Positions 23,774 through 37,600 of a DNA stretch of 63,962 bases are shown one piece after another; position 1 is the first letter of the stretch; every line of letters starts with the position of its first letter. The notes beneath the pieces are model-generated. The model did not search any database, was not told the DNA's origin, and saw nothing but the letters and a program-made list of their open reading frames with translations. The DNA lies in NCBI RefSeq assembly GCF_001194135.2, contig NC_068981.1, positions 38,742,278-38,806,239 of the forward strand, written 5' to 3'. The translations under genes and the position numbers were made by a program. Source of the DNA: Octopus bimaculoides (lineage: Eukaryota).

Positions 23774-24051
23774 GTCAATCTACTTCATTTTTGGTAATAT
23801 TTGTAGCATTGAGACACACGAGATGTCGAAATATCATTCACTTGATAACAATGATACTTTTCTTTTTTTGGCTTCTATATCTTCTGGAGGAGTTACCTCA
23901 ATCCTATAAATATTACCAAAAATGAAGTAGATTGACATGTTTATTTTTTGAACCTGGAAGACACACGAGATGTCGAAATATCGTTCACTTGATAACAATG
24001 GCACTCTTCTTTTTTTGCTTCTATATCTTCTGGAGTAGTTACCTCAATCCT
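23774..24051. repeat. Compound structure: perfect 29-bp inverted repeat enclosing one copy of a 94-bp direct repeat
   Basis: GTCAATCTACTTCATTTTTGGTAATATTT (23774-23802) and its exact reverse complement (23908-23936); direct repeat agacacacgagatgtcgaaa...cctcaatcct at 23812-23905 and 23959-24051. Confidence 0.95.
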
Positions 24052-24055
24052 GATG

Positions 24056-24117
<62 letters not shown>

Positions 24118-24124
24118 TTCTGAT

Positions 24125-24317
24125 TTAGGCACAAGGCCAGTAATTTGAGGGAAGGGGATAAATTGATACCATCAACCACAGTATTTTATTTCATCTAATC
24201 AACTCTGGAGGAATGAGAGCCAAAACTGAAATTGGCAAGATTTGAACCCAACATGTAATGATTTGGAGGAAGCAATACATAATATTTTGTCAAACACTCT
24301 ACAAATTGTACCAGCTT
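24125..24317 (-). mobile_element. SINE family A (degenerate) with (TAA)n tail
   Basis: ggcacaaggcc...aatttgagggaaggggat...gatttgaaccc is the reverse complement of family A. Confidence 0.6.
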
Positions 24318-26419
24318 AATAACTGGTGAGAATGATAATAATAATTTGCCTCTTTGTATTTGCTTTCTACTCATCTTTGTTAATATCTGGTCACTCATAA
24401 TACGTTTGTTTTCTCAGAATAAAGAGCAAGTGATGCAGTAATTACACAATAATAAAAGATAATTTATTCATAATATGAAAGTTTAAAAAAAACAAGGGTT
24501 AAATTATTATCTTTCATAGCAAGTCTATTCATTTATTGTTTTCAGAAGACATAACATTATTTATTACTATTAAAATGGACAACTTAACTAAATTTTAGAA
24601 TTAATATAGAAGTTTCATTTTTGCGACAGAAATAAAATATTCTCTTGATATTTACTAAATGTTATACATGAAAAAATAGGTTTCCTAAAAGTAAAGAACT
24701 GTAGATATTTAAACATGACCTACAATGTCTTTGGTGGAATGATATTTTTCATTATCAATTTCATCTTTAGGGAAATGTAAATTGAATGGCAGGCTTAAAG
24801 GGAAGCACTAAGTCGATAATGTACATGAATCATCCTTAAATATTCTCCAGTGATCTTCGTAAAGAAAATTGTAACTGTATTTGGCTGAGATAATGGCGCC
24901 AGCATATAAAAATTGGTATAAAGAAGCTACTTTGTTTCAGGTAAATATATACACAAAAAGAAATAGCATTAATAAGAACCATATAGCAACAATGTATATT
25001 ATAAAGCTACTCTCTGAGGAATGATGGAAAAAATAAATTACTAAACGTTCTCAAGTGGCTACTGTCTCTCTTACATTTTTCATTGAATACATTCTTATTA
25101 AGAAATCAATTTGGCAAGATCCTATAATTCTTTTATGAATTTCTTCTACTAAAAAGATTCAATCATTTTGAAGAGAATAGAATAAAATGAAATAAATTTT
25201 CTATTTGCTTTATATTTTTATTTTGAATTTGGAATATAATGTTAAAAATATTTCACAATTTTGGTGATGCTTTCCAGGGGTCCTTTATGATCATCAAATG
25301 TTATCTCAGATTTCTAAGGAGGTGGTCAATTGAATATTTCAAAAAATATTTCAATCAAACTTTACAGGGTTGACAAATTGGAATAATGACTCAATTGACC
25401 ACTTGGTACCTTTGAGAATTATGTTTCAAAATTTTATTTCATATTGTTAGTTATCCATTTTGACTCACAAATGCACAAATAATCTTAAATTTTCTATAGC
25501 TATAATGTCTTTTTTTATTGGTGTTTTCTTAGGCATATGTGTGTGTGTGTGTGTGTGTGTATGCTTGCTTCATTTTGTAAACTTTGTGTTTTTTCTTCCT
25601 TAGCTTCAGAATACGGAATTTATCATTACTAATTTAGGTCGTACATGTTGACAAAATTGTTGCGTGTCTTTAGATACTTTGTTCAAATTCTGCTCTGTTG
25701 ATGTTGCCATTTAACCTGTGTGCTAATGAAATTTGTAGTATGAGTTAGGTACTGAGCTTGACTGAAGCACTGATACTTCTTCCAATAATGCGTAGCCTTG
25801 TAAAATGGAGGACATGATGCAGAATACCCATTTTGTGATAGTAGAATAGTCCAGACTATGAGTCTGGACTAGTCTACTGAATTTCAAGTAGAATTTCATG
25901 GAACTAGATTCCCCTTGTTTGGATGATTTAAGAAATAACACAAAGAATGCTCAAGAATGCATAAAAAAGGTAGAGAAATATGTGATATAGCCATGAAAAA
26001 ATAACGGATCGATCTGATTGTAATTCAGCTACTGCTGTAAGGTATGGGAGAATATGGTCTCAAAATAACAATGGTATGGTTGTGCATTGGTACTACAGGA
26101 GTAAGTCTATCAAAATTGGATAAAGGAAATGGGAGTTTAAAATATGAAGCATGATGCATGATGTAATCCTACTGGATCCTGACAAACCATCCAGGTAATG
26201 CCAGTATGGAAGACAAACATTAAAAAATAATATTTATAATGAAGATATGAACATACTTTTGGGGTCTTCATGTTTTTCTTTTGGTGATTTAAAGTACATT
26301 TTCATGATGATGTTGTATATTCTATCACAATTTTTTTGTTGGTATTCCAACAGAATATTTTTCAAATACTCATTTCTGAGAGAATCACCCAAGTTTTTCA
26401 GAGTGTCTTATCTCATATA

Positions 26420-26614
26420 CGAGGAGTTGCCTGAAAGTCCCTGGCTTTAAGTGTATCAAGAAAGTCCTGAGTTCTTTTACAGTGCTTAGAAAAACTGAAG
26501 GCCTGCTGCAATATGTGTGAATCTGAAAGGGGAACATGTTGAATAAAATCATAATTAACTGATACTCCTGTATTTTCTTTTACTCAAAGTCAGGGACTTT
26601 TCAGCACCCTCTCA
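26420..26614. mobile_element. Mariner-derived MITE, second copy
   Basis: TA-CGAGGAGTTGCCTGAAAGTCCCTGGCTTT ... AAAGTCAGGGACTTTTCAGCACCCTCTCA-TA; interior shared with 13601-13808. Confidence 0.85.
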
Positions 26615-27691
26615 TATCTTTGCTAGGATCTGTTTATTGGGATTTTTCTGTTTCTTACTAGTTTGTTCTGGAAATAAAGATTGAGATCATGTCCTTCAGA
26701 TTCTTACCTAGAGATTGACACTGTTGATGTTCCTCCCTAACAGCAGAAGGAAAACTATGGAGATGAAAGGTATTCTAGAAAGATGACATTCTCAGAAGGA
26801 CTGGGAAGTAGTGTGTGTGTGGCCTAGGATAACAAAGGGACAAAATAGTGTACTGTTTTCTTTTCCATTTAGGCACCTCTTTTTCAGTTTCACAAAAATA
26901 AAGACAGGCTTTTCTTGTATTTTCATGATGAAGTAAGATGTGTTGTGACTCTGTTAATGTCAGATCTAGTTTTCATCAGTACTGTCATAGCAGTTGAATA
27001 AACTGGATTATTATAGAATATTTTTACTTGGGTTTGCTGTTATAGAAAGAATTTCTCTGGGATTCTTATTTATTTGCATCTTAGATGGTTGTTTCCATTG
27101 ATGTTTGGGTTGATTTTTCATTCTACCTATTCTGTTGTTGCTGTGTGTGTGTGTGTGTGTGTGTGTGTGTTCAGTATATTGTTAAGTGCTTAAAAGTTTT
27201 CTAATTGCTGTTTTGTCTTCAAAAATGTGGAAACGTTTGGATATGGTTTCATTGTCATGCAATGACTCCTTGAGAGAATTCCACTAATCTAACAAATGAA
27301 ACATAGTTCCTTTCTTTGGTCTTGAATGTTAAACTATGTAAATTCAAGACTCTTGACAGCATATCCATATCAGGCATCAGATGCCAAGACCATTAAAATA
27401 TAAAAGACTAAGAGCAGTTACCAAAGATACTTACATCTTATGAAAAACAGATGGGGTTAGTTTGTATGTGGGACACATTCTATTCAGATAGATGGAATAT
27501 TGTAGGAGACAGAACATTGGAAGATTGAAGAAAAAAAAACCAGGAAGATCGAAACCTACATGACTAACAATAGTACAGAAAAGATGGAGGCTAACACGAA
27601 TACATGAATGTGGTTGAATACAAGGCTTCAGACAGAAATAATTAACATAAATGGAAGCTCTTCATGCTGCATGGTGGCAGCAGCAGCAGCC

Positions 27692-27725
<34 letters not shown>

Positions 27726-28549
27726 CGATGGTGGTGGTGTGCATGGTAGAGTTATAATTTTGTGTGGCTGGATATTTACATGCTTGTTTCTGTGTTCTCT
27801 TGTCTGGTCAACATTTTTGTTTGTTTTTGTTTTTTTTTTATATACTTGTTTCCCCTTTTTTCCATTTTTATAATTATCTGTTTTTGTTTTTGTTTTTGTG
27901 ATCTATTCTGTTGTACTATTTTTATTGTATTTTCAGGGTTCATTTGGTATAAGTATTGTTATTGACCATTTCTGTTGTCTCATGAGAGCTCAACTGTCTT
28001 TTTTTGTTTGGTGGGTTCTTTTGTGCTGTTTTCATTGATTGGTTGAAGTTCACCGTTTTTCTGTTTAATTGGTTGTTTTGTTTATATTCATTATCTATTC
28101 TTTTTATGAGTTGTTCTATTTATGTTATCTTATTTATTGTTTATTAGAAATCTTTACCCATTTTTCTAATGTATTTGGGTTTAGCCATATTACATCTTCA
28201 TGCTATTTTCCATTTTCCATTCTAGATCTCACACATACTTTTCATAGTTGCTGTATGTTTTGGTTACAATATAGCTCTGTAACATATATTGTAATATTTC
28301 TAGGTACTGTTCTTTAGTTCATTGACGCTTAATGATTTTACCATTTTTGTCTTCTTTTCAGTTACTCTCACCCAGGTTTTTATAATGTGGGAGTAACTGT
28401 GTATCTCATCCATAGCAAAATATGTGTTTTTTCCTGTCATATTTTGAGCCTCTCAACGTCTGGTATAAAGCCATCTGCCCTTCTCAAATACTACCCCCAT
28501 TTATTTGAGAATGCTTTTCCCTGTTTCTTTCCATCTTGAAAATTAAATG

Positions 28550-28735
28550 GTAACCTCATTAGTGCTAGTGGCATGTTAAAAAAGCTTCTTGTACACACTG
28601 TAAAGTGGTTGGTGTTAGGAAAGGCATCCAGTCATAGAAACCATGCCAAAAGCTCAGGGCAGCTCTGCGACTCATTAAATTCTATCAAAGTGTCTGACCC
28701 ATACCTGCATGGAAAACAGCCATTAAGTGATGATG
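28550..28735 (+). mobile_element. RTE 3' UTR fragment (same family as 1094-2160)
   Basis: aaagtggttggtgttaggaaaggcatccag...catggaaa...ttaa then GAT repeats. Further copies near 33318-33430, 37650-37860, 41520-41610, 43450-43586 and 48735-48920. Confidence 0.7.
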
Positions 28736-29837
28736 AGAAGGAGGAGAGGGGAGGAGGAGGAGGAGGAGGACGATGACGATGGCAATGATGACAGCGATGA
28801 CAATGGTTAAAACAATGACAATGATGATGATGGTGGTGGTGGTGGTGGTGGTGGTGGTGATGATGATAATGATGATGATGATGATAAGGATAAGGAGGAG
28901 GAGGAGGAGGAGGAGGAGGAGGAGGAGGACAACGATAATGATGGAAATGATCAAGTGATTTTTTGGGAGGTTTAACTATTTGAGAGAATATCAACTTTTG
29001 ATGCTCAGGTTACATGTATTTTATAACTTGATCAAATTTAACTCACATCTGGAATTCTTCATAAATCATGAACCAGGGAATGTTATTTTCATTGCTGTTT
29101 GTATTGCAAGCCATGTCTGCTCTGTTATATAGCATTGGATTTGTATAAAGTTTGTTCACCTCGCTTTATTTATGTCCTATTCTTACCTGCCTATTATAAT
29201 CCCCTGGTTGTTATTTGTTATTGCACACGGTATATTTTAGGCATAATCAAAGTAAAAATGGTAAAACAAATATTAATTATCCTACCTGAGTGTCTGCATT
29301 GCATCAATATCTACCTGATATTTTTTTCAAAACAAAATTTGTTCATCAGTTTGAAAATAACATGGAATTTGCTTTTAGCTTTCCTTTATAAAGTGTCAGT
29401 TTATCATCTATATTATCCTTCCTGTGTTACTAACAGAACCAATCAATAGGCTATGCTTCTCTTTTACAAATTTGTTAACTTAATACAATGCAAAATATCC
29501 CCTCCTCCTCCTCCTCCCTTTTCTCTCCTCTTCCTCCTCCACTCTTCCTACTATTTCCCTCACGCTTTGTCACTGTCATTGTTAATATTGTCGTCGTCAT
29601 CATCGTCATCATCATCACCATAATTAATATTATTGCAACGGGTTGATAGATTCATTAGGGTGTTGTACTTAGCAGCATTTCTTCCATCACTTTGCATTTT
29701 GAGTTCAAATTCCTTTCATCCTTTTGGGGTTGATGCAATTGACATAGGCCCTCCCTGAAAATCTGATGGCCTTGAGCCAAAAACCATTAACCATATTGTT
29801 GTTGTTATTATTATTATTATTATTATCATTATTATTC

Positions 29838-30112
29838 ATTTAACGTCTGCTTTCCATGCTAGCATAGGTTGGACGATTTGACTGGGGACTGGTGAACCAG
29901 CTGGCTACACCAGGCTCCAATCTGATCCAGCAGAGTTTCTACAGCTGGATGCCCTTCCTAATGCCAACCACTCCGAGAGTATAGTGGGTGCTTTTTACAT
30001 GCCACCGGCAAGAGGGCCAGTCACACGGTACTAGCAACAGCCATGCTCAAATGGTGTTTTTTACGTGCCACCTGCACAGGAGTCAGTCCAGTATTATTAT
30101 TATTATTATTAA

Positions 30113-30146
<34 letters not shown>

Positions 30147-30355
30147 GAGTGACAGAACAGTGCATGCCATCAAAGTCACACTGGGGTAAAATATACGAAG
30201 TTCAGTATACCCATCATGACTACCCATCTGATAAGGGTACACCAGGCACATGCATCATAACCATATATTCGCATAATGGTGATCTCATATCAAGATAAAA
30301 AGTGTATGACCTTGCAGGTAGGACCCAGTTAGAATTTTCTTCAGGTCAAGTAGCC
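29838..30355 (-). mobile_element. RTE 3' UTR fragment interrupted by (ATT)n
   Basis: tttaacgtctgctttccatgc...ggatgcccttcctaatgccaaccactccgagagt is nearly the same as 1112-1260. Confidence 0.8.
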
Positions 30356-30477
30356 CATCAGATAAGATCAGAAGCCATGAGAGCCTCTGCCTAGTACTGC
30401 ATCCATTATTATTATCATTATTATTATGATTTTTACTCCATTGTCCCAAAATTTCAGGCCTTTTCCTTTAGAAAGGA

Positions 30478-30538
<61 letters not shown>

Positions 30539-30539
30539 C

Positions 30540-30980
30540 ATGGCCACAAGCTGGTAGAATTGTTAGCATGCCAGGCAAAATGCTTAGCGGTGTTTCATTT
30601 ACTGCTGCATTCTGTGTTCAAATTCTGCTGAGGTTGACCTTGCCATTTATCTTTTTGGGGTTTGATTAAATAAGTACCAGTTATGCACTGGGGTCGATGT
30701 TATTGACTTATCCCCTCCCCACAAATTTCAGGCCTTGTGTCTACAATATAAAGGATTATTATTATTATTAAGGCGACAAGCTAGCAGAATCATTAGCACA
30801 CTGGGATAAATACCCACTGATATTTTATCCGTTTGCACGTTCTGAGTTCAAATTCCACTGAGGTCAACTTTGTCTTTCATCCTTTTAGGACTGATAAATT
30901 AAGTAGCAGTAAAACACTGGAATCGATGTAATCAACTAGTCCCCTCCCCAAAATTTCAGGCTTTGTGACTGTAGTAGAAG
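30540..30980 (+). mobile_element. Two tandem SINE family A copies (about 30540-30755 and 30773-30980) separated by (ATT)n
   Basis: Each has the gctgg/agcagaat..ttagca head, GTTCAAATT B-box and aagtaccagtt...gtcgatgt body. Confidence 0.8.
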
Positions 30981-30997
30981 GATTATTTTTATTATTA

Positions 30998-31056
<59 letters not shown>

Positions 31057-31197
31057 TATATTACCCTGTTGCCCAAAAATGTTAGGCTTTGTGCCTTTAG
31101 TAGAAAGGATTATCATTATTATTATCATTATTATTATTATTCAGGAATGGAGTCAAGCACTTTATTCTTGAGTCAAGCCTTTATTGATATTTCTAAG

Positions 31198-31581
31198 TTC
31201 CACTCAAGAAGGAAGATGAGAGTGAAGAGGGAAGTCCCTCCCCACATCTCAGTAAATTTATTGAAAGGTTGATGAATGTGGTAGAGATGGCGTGAGTGAG
31301 TGATCCTACTTTGAGCTTACACCTGCAAACTGGAGGAAACAAAATAGTAGAAGTTTGCCTCCATGAAGACCCTTCAGCAATCAATGGAACCTAAGGCTGG
31401 TGGGGTCCCTTGGTTACCCCTGGGCAGTACTTCGCCGACTGGGAAATTTTGTAGTTATCGATTTTCATGTTAATTGTTTATGCTTCCTTATCATTTCCAT
31501 GTATGTATGTAAATCCCGTTTCTCCTTTGTATTTGCATTGTCCTAAATACTGTTTTTTAGCCCTTGTGGCCAATAATGAAA
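31198..31581 (+). mobile_element. 3' end of a LINE (probably L1/Tx1-like): frameshifted ORF2 C-terminus and UTR
   Basis: RRKMRVKREV / KFIERLMNVVEMA*VSDPTLSLHL, then a GC-richer UTR ending ttagcccttgtggccaataatgaaa. Clade assignment is inference. Confidence 0.5.
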
Positions 31582-31614
31582 GTACTATTATTGTTATGGC
31601 CTTGTGCCAAAGTT

Positions 31615-31652
<38 letters not shown>

Positions 31653-34600
31653 GTAAGAATGTTATATTTATCATGGAAACTACTATCACAGACGTAACAT
31701 ACAGATACACTAAATGTACACACAGGCATATGCACACACACACACATACACAGACTCTCTCACACACACACACACATTACAGAGACATGCACATGCCCAT
31801 TTATACAAATACAATCACAATTGAATGGTATATGGCGGAATAACTGATACATTGCCAACAATAATAAAACCACAAACCTTAATTCTATCTGCTGCTTTTA
31901 TTTGTATCGTTTTGATACATTTCTTTTTTCTGTAACCAAATAAAAATAATACATCTTATCTGTAGAATCATGTAATTAAAGGATATCTCCATTTGATTTA
32001 CCACTTTACATGAGTAATTCAAGCCCCTATAGAGAAATGAACAAAAAACAAAAATGTTGCTAATTGTGATTATTTTAGAGTGGAGTGATTGAAGCAGCAG
32101 AGTTAGTAGAAGTCATTGGTGCAAAAGTAGTTGCTGCTTTATAGTGTTGTATAAATGACATTGTAATGTTCATTCAGCTGGTTCAGATAATGATGTAGCA
32201 CGATTGTTTTGTTAGTTATACAGAAGAGGTTTAGTGTTTCTGGTATTGAAGATGATGATGGCGATGATGATGAGGATGATGGTGGTGGTGACGTTGACGA
32301 CAGCATCGATGATGATGATGATGATGACAAAGCATATCATATTTAGCTGGTTGATATAGGGATGTCGTTAGAGAAGACGTAATTAGTATTACTGACAAAG
32401 ATGCTCAATAATCCTTTCTCTCTTTTCTTGTTTTTATTTGAGTAACATCACTTAACATTTTTTTAGTCTCATTATGAGATTGTATGGCATGGAAAAGAGC
32501 ATTGTGTTAATGAAACTGAGGTTCAAGAAAACGATGGTGGTATGAAGTGGATAGATGGTGTAATGGATGCGATGTGAGTGTAATGGCATCTCTGAATTGA
32601 CAACAGATGCCTATGAAAAGCAGACAGAATTTGAAGATGGTATATCTATGAGATCATTAGGTGTTGAGCATAACTTGAGAACTCATAAATTGAAAGAGAA
32701 TCAACCCAGTCTGCCTTATCTGTGCAGTTATTTTGGTAAAAGGACAGTTGTGGGTATTGTTGGGAACAATCTAAAAACGGTATTGTATACTTCTCACTAG
32801 TCTGGGACCATATCATGTGGTCTGCTTTTCTGTATTTGGTTGAAAATGGTTTTGCATGGCATTGAACATATATTGCATTCAGTTTGCTGCACAATCTATT
32901 TTTATGAGCCTCTGAAATGCTGTTGCCTCATGCAGAATATCATCTTGCTTGATGAATGGTAGATTTATGTATTAGAGAATCTATCGTAGTAAGTTGACTG
33001 ACTGGGGGACGGGAAAGGAAATTGAATGTAGGTTTATTTATTAACCTGATGATTTTATGCTATGCATTGACTTGCTTAAGACATGACAATATAGCTAGAA
33101 ATTTCAAAGTGGTTGTTGAGCACTTGGAGAAATATTCTATTCCTAAAGAAATATCCAGTTTTTAATTCTTGTATATGTTTGACATTATCCATTCAGCTTG
33201 CATGAACAATGTTATTTATTTGGTTTACTGACAAAGACAAATCCATTCTTATTGTTGATTTTAAGGTCATAGTATGTAATGTTGTTAATTTTCATCATCA
33301 TCGTCATTATCATTCTCAGTTAACATCTGCCTTCCATGCTGGCATCAGTTAGATGGTTTGACAGGATCTGATAGGCTGCAGGACTGTGATGAACTCCAAT
33401 ATCTGCTTTGGCATGGTTTCTACAGCTTGCACTAGTAAGGTGATGCTTGCACTAGTAAGGTCACCCAATAACAAACGAAACAAGACCCTCTTGACTGAAT
33501 GAAGTGCAGAATTGAGAGAGTTGGCTTTATGCCAAGTGATAAGAGGCTAAAATATGATCAATATACAGGAACAAGTGTTTTAATGCAGAGGAGATACATC
33601 ACAATCTCAACTTGAAAGGGAGAAAAAAAATGGTGAGGATTGTACATAAGGTACAAGAAAGCGAATAGAAGAGAGAACTGGGACAGAGGTTCAGAAAGGG
33701 TGGATGGGTAATATTGTAAAAGTGTAAAAGGAGAGTGACACATGGTAAAAGCTGGGGGCTAGAGGCGTATGCAGTGAATGATGGACATGTATAGAAGTAT
33801 GATCAGTGGTGAATATCAGTTGTGAGGAAGGTGAAGGAAAAGAAGAGGGGGTCAGAGAGGGGGTAAAGAAGTTTCTTTGTCGTATTCTTTTAATTTAGGA
33901 GTAATGGCTATTGAGTTTTATTATGGTTATGTTATTTTTGTTGCAGTTGGAGTTATGATAGTGGTATTACATCATCTACTTATCATCTAAAAGAAGCTTT
34001 TAAATTTGTGTTATGAATTCAATATTTAATAAAACTTTGATCACATTAGATCATAGTCCTATTAAACTTTGATCAAATGTTTGATTTGATCATTTGATTT
34101 GATTTTACACTTCTTTGATGATAATTTGATTTTACACTTGCTATCTTCTCTTCTTCTTTTTGTCATTATTTCATTGATTCATTGGTTTACTGTTACTGCA
34201 AATTCTCCACGTTAGCAAGAGGAACCAAGTTTCCATTTTTCAAGACAATCATATTTTCAATATCATCAAAATTCCCTTTAATAACTTCTAATTGTTAATG
34301 TTGATTCTTACCATGCTGTAAAATTAGTAAAAGATTGAAATATCCATTTGATTAAGACACCTTTAATATTAACAGTAAGGCAATTATTTCAACAAATTTA
34401 GGTTATGGGTTTCATTAAGTATTTGATTTTTTAATTGTTTATTTTTGTCATTAATAATTGCTATTATATATTGTCAAATCTGTCTGACAGACAGAACGAC
34501 AGTATAGAGTGAGAGTGAGATGGTAGAGAATTGTGACTCAAACTGTCTATTTGTCTGTCTGTATGTCAGCATGTTTGTATGTATGTATGTATGTATGTAT

Positions 34601-37600
34601 GTGTGTGTGTGTATGTGTGCATGCATGTGTGTGTATATGTGTGTATGCATGTGTATATGTTTGTATGTGTGTATCTCTCTATCTACATATGTACACATAC
34701 ACACATATATTTCTCAATACAACCATTAAAGACATTAAGCTACTGCCTTTGGAAATCAAAAAGAAATATTCTTTTCAAAGGAGTTTGTTACAGCATGGGA
34801 AAAAACAGATGAATATTTGTTCTTCAAATTTCTCTAAAAATACAAATAATATTCGTTTTTCTCCGTTAAATTTTAATGTGCTATTTTCTTGGCAATACTT
34901 CTAATGTGTTCACTCTCAATCAGTTGTATATGACTTTCAGTAGAGTTGGAGAGCCAAGTGACAAATATTTTTGCTGTTGAAATCCACGAGGATCTCACAG
35001 TCATCCCAATAATGAAAAATATTAAATTCACTAAAAATATTGTATATATTGGCATTGTTTGATTGTCAAAATTTCCTTTCTGTCGTTTGTTGTGTATAAC
35101 ATTGTATATAGATATAAAAACAATTAAAAACTAATGTGTCTTTTGATCTATTAAATGTTTATTTTATTTTAACATTGTTTTACCTTTTACTTAACTCTTT
35201 CTTGAATATACACCTATATTTCAATGAAGCAAAATGCTATTCCAGGCATAAAACAACAGGTCATCCACTAATATATTTCATTAACAAATCAATAGCTAAG
35301 ATTTAAAACGTGAAGTCATGGGGACTAATTTGAAATAGAAAAGAGAAACAGCCCCAGAGCCATGTTTTAATTAACACTTACGAAAGTCATGATTTAAATC
35401 AAATTTCTCTCAGATTTTTAACTACACACTTCATACAAACAGGAATCAGATAATAACATGCAGTGGTTTCCCATTCAAAGGATATGTACAAAAATTCTTT
35501 ATTCTTAATAATAACTATTTTTCTGGAAAGAACTGATAAAAAGTAGTTTGCAAATAAATAATTTTATGTGAAATAATTTATAACTGAGAACTTATTTTGA
35601 AAAATTATAAAATATAGCATATTGTAGAATTAAGTACTTGCAAAGGGGTTGTACAAATAAATGTTTAATATACAGCAAAAACCAAAACAGGAAAATTGCT
35701 CATTTATTGATATTATCCTTTGTAGGAAATATCTAACATTGTAATCACAAAAGTATACTTCAGTAATATGGTGTTGCCTGAAATATTCCTTCTAAAATAA
35801 CCTTCTATTAATTTCAAATATATTACTTCAGTTCAACACAAGAATATAAGAGTAAATAACATCCTTCATATTTATTGATTAAAATAGGGTTCATGTTTAA
35901 ATTTTATTATATCTTTTACTTCAAATAGCAAAGACTGATTTAATGCTAATTAGTTGGTATTATTAAATATTGCCAGCTTTAATGACACAAATTCTCATGA
36001 CATACAAATGACTTTTTATTGAATTTTAGCAAAACAAGATCTCAGTAAATGGAAACAAGTAAAGAAAATTACTTGACAATAATGTAATCACTGTAGAAAA
36101 GTTGAAGTTGAGCATCTTAAGACTAAGGGTGAAACTTTTGTATCATCCTTAATCAGTGTCATTATTATTAACAGAAACTCACTTTATAGTTATCTGAGCT
36201 ACTTCTTGTGAAGGTCTTACTAATAAAGATTTAGGAAAAGAGGAGGAAATTTCTCAAGGAAACTCACTGTGCCTTTGCAATTATCTCATTCTCTATCCAG
36301 TGTAGCCCATGTACACCTGAAGTTACATATTTATGTGTTTGTTCACTGATGTTTAGCAAGCTTCTGGTTGTAAGTGTATTTGGAGGAAATCATTGTGTCC
36401 CAGTCTCATTAAAGACTCATAACTACTTAACATTAAAATTACCATAAGTATTGTCATTCTCATTATCATCATCTTTCTTGCCCTTGCCCCATCTATTTTT
36501 ACGTCCATCATTGATACTGACAAGTGTTTTTAAAACAATACCATGATAGAAGTGGGTTTCTATTTGACCCTGCAGTTGTAAGAACTTATTTTCCGAAATC
36601 GTCATTTAATTGTTATCAGTCATTATTTCCCACTGTCACCTTTAAGCCATCTGGAAAAACTTTGACTACACTACAAAATTTAAATATCAATTTTATGTCC
36701 ACTCCAGTAGAGTAGTCCTTTTCTCTTTCATATAATAACCAAAGTTGCTAATATGCAGTTATTTCCTTGGCTGTTATGTAGTCTATCTCACAATTTCTTG
36801 CTTTACATGCATCCAGTAAATATTAACCAGCTTTCTTGGGTCACTACAGGTTTCACACCACAGTCACACACATTTTCCCAGTACTAAGCATTATATAAGC
36901 TTATATATCCATTAACCTACTGCATTTTACTATTTGTTAAATATTCTTTCACAGTAAAACAATTATAAACTACTGATGCATTAAGTGTTTCACTTCAGTG
37001 CTATTCTGTACTATAAAAATATATCAATAGATTTTTCTCTATTACTCTATGTCTCTATGTGTAGACTGATGTAAACACATTGGCTTCATATGCAATAGCT
37101 TCATAATCATCATTGCTATCATTATTTTCACATCCACTTTTTCTATGCTGGCATATGTTGCACAAAACTTCATGAGGCAAGATTCCACAGCTAGATACCT
37201 TCCCTGATGCCAACTTATGTTTTTGAGTAAAGTACTTTGTTCTGTGTCAATATACATTGAATTGCTGAACTGCCACACTTTTTGTTTATGCAGGACATAA
37301 AAAAGGTTAATGCTACCTAAGCAGTGTCACTCCATACACACAATCTACTCACACACATACATAAACAATATATATGTATATATGAATTGATGTATTGTAA
37401 ATCTGGAAATATTTGTATATATATACATATATATATTTAAGTCTTATATCACAGAAGTAGTTTTATAATGATTTTTTAGAAAACAATGTATGTATGCATG
37501 CACACATGCACGTGTATGAATGTGTTTCTGTTTGCAAATATCATCCTTATATACGTGTGTGTGTGTGTGTGTGTGTGTGTGTTAATATGTGTATGTGCAT

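Noticed and set aside
25847-25871. 11-bp perfect hairpin TAGTCCAGACT-atg-AGTCTGGACTA (also a 10-bp IR at 15801-15839 and a 12-bp IR at about 25322-25402)
   Set aside because: Isolated short palindromes with no TSD or context supporting a function.
31198-31291. Apparent exon with a GTGAGT donor (PLKKEDESEEGSPSPHLSKFIERLMNVVEMA)
   Set aside because: Better explained as a frameshifted LINE ORF2 C-terminus continuing into a LINE UTR.
34940-35040. Protein-like open stretch ELESQVTNIFAVEIHEDLTVIPIMKNIK after an actttcag acceptor
   Set aside because: Weak donor, no phase-linked neighbours and no recognisable homology. The same applies to about 34185-34290 (minus) and 4087-4165 (minus).
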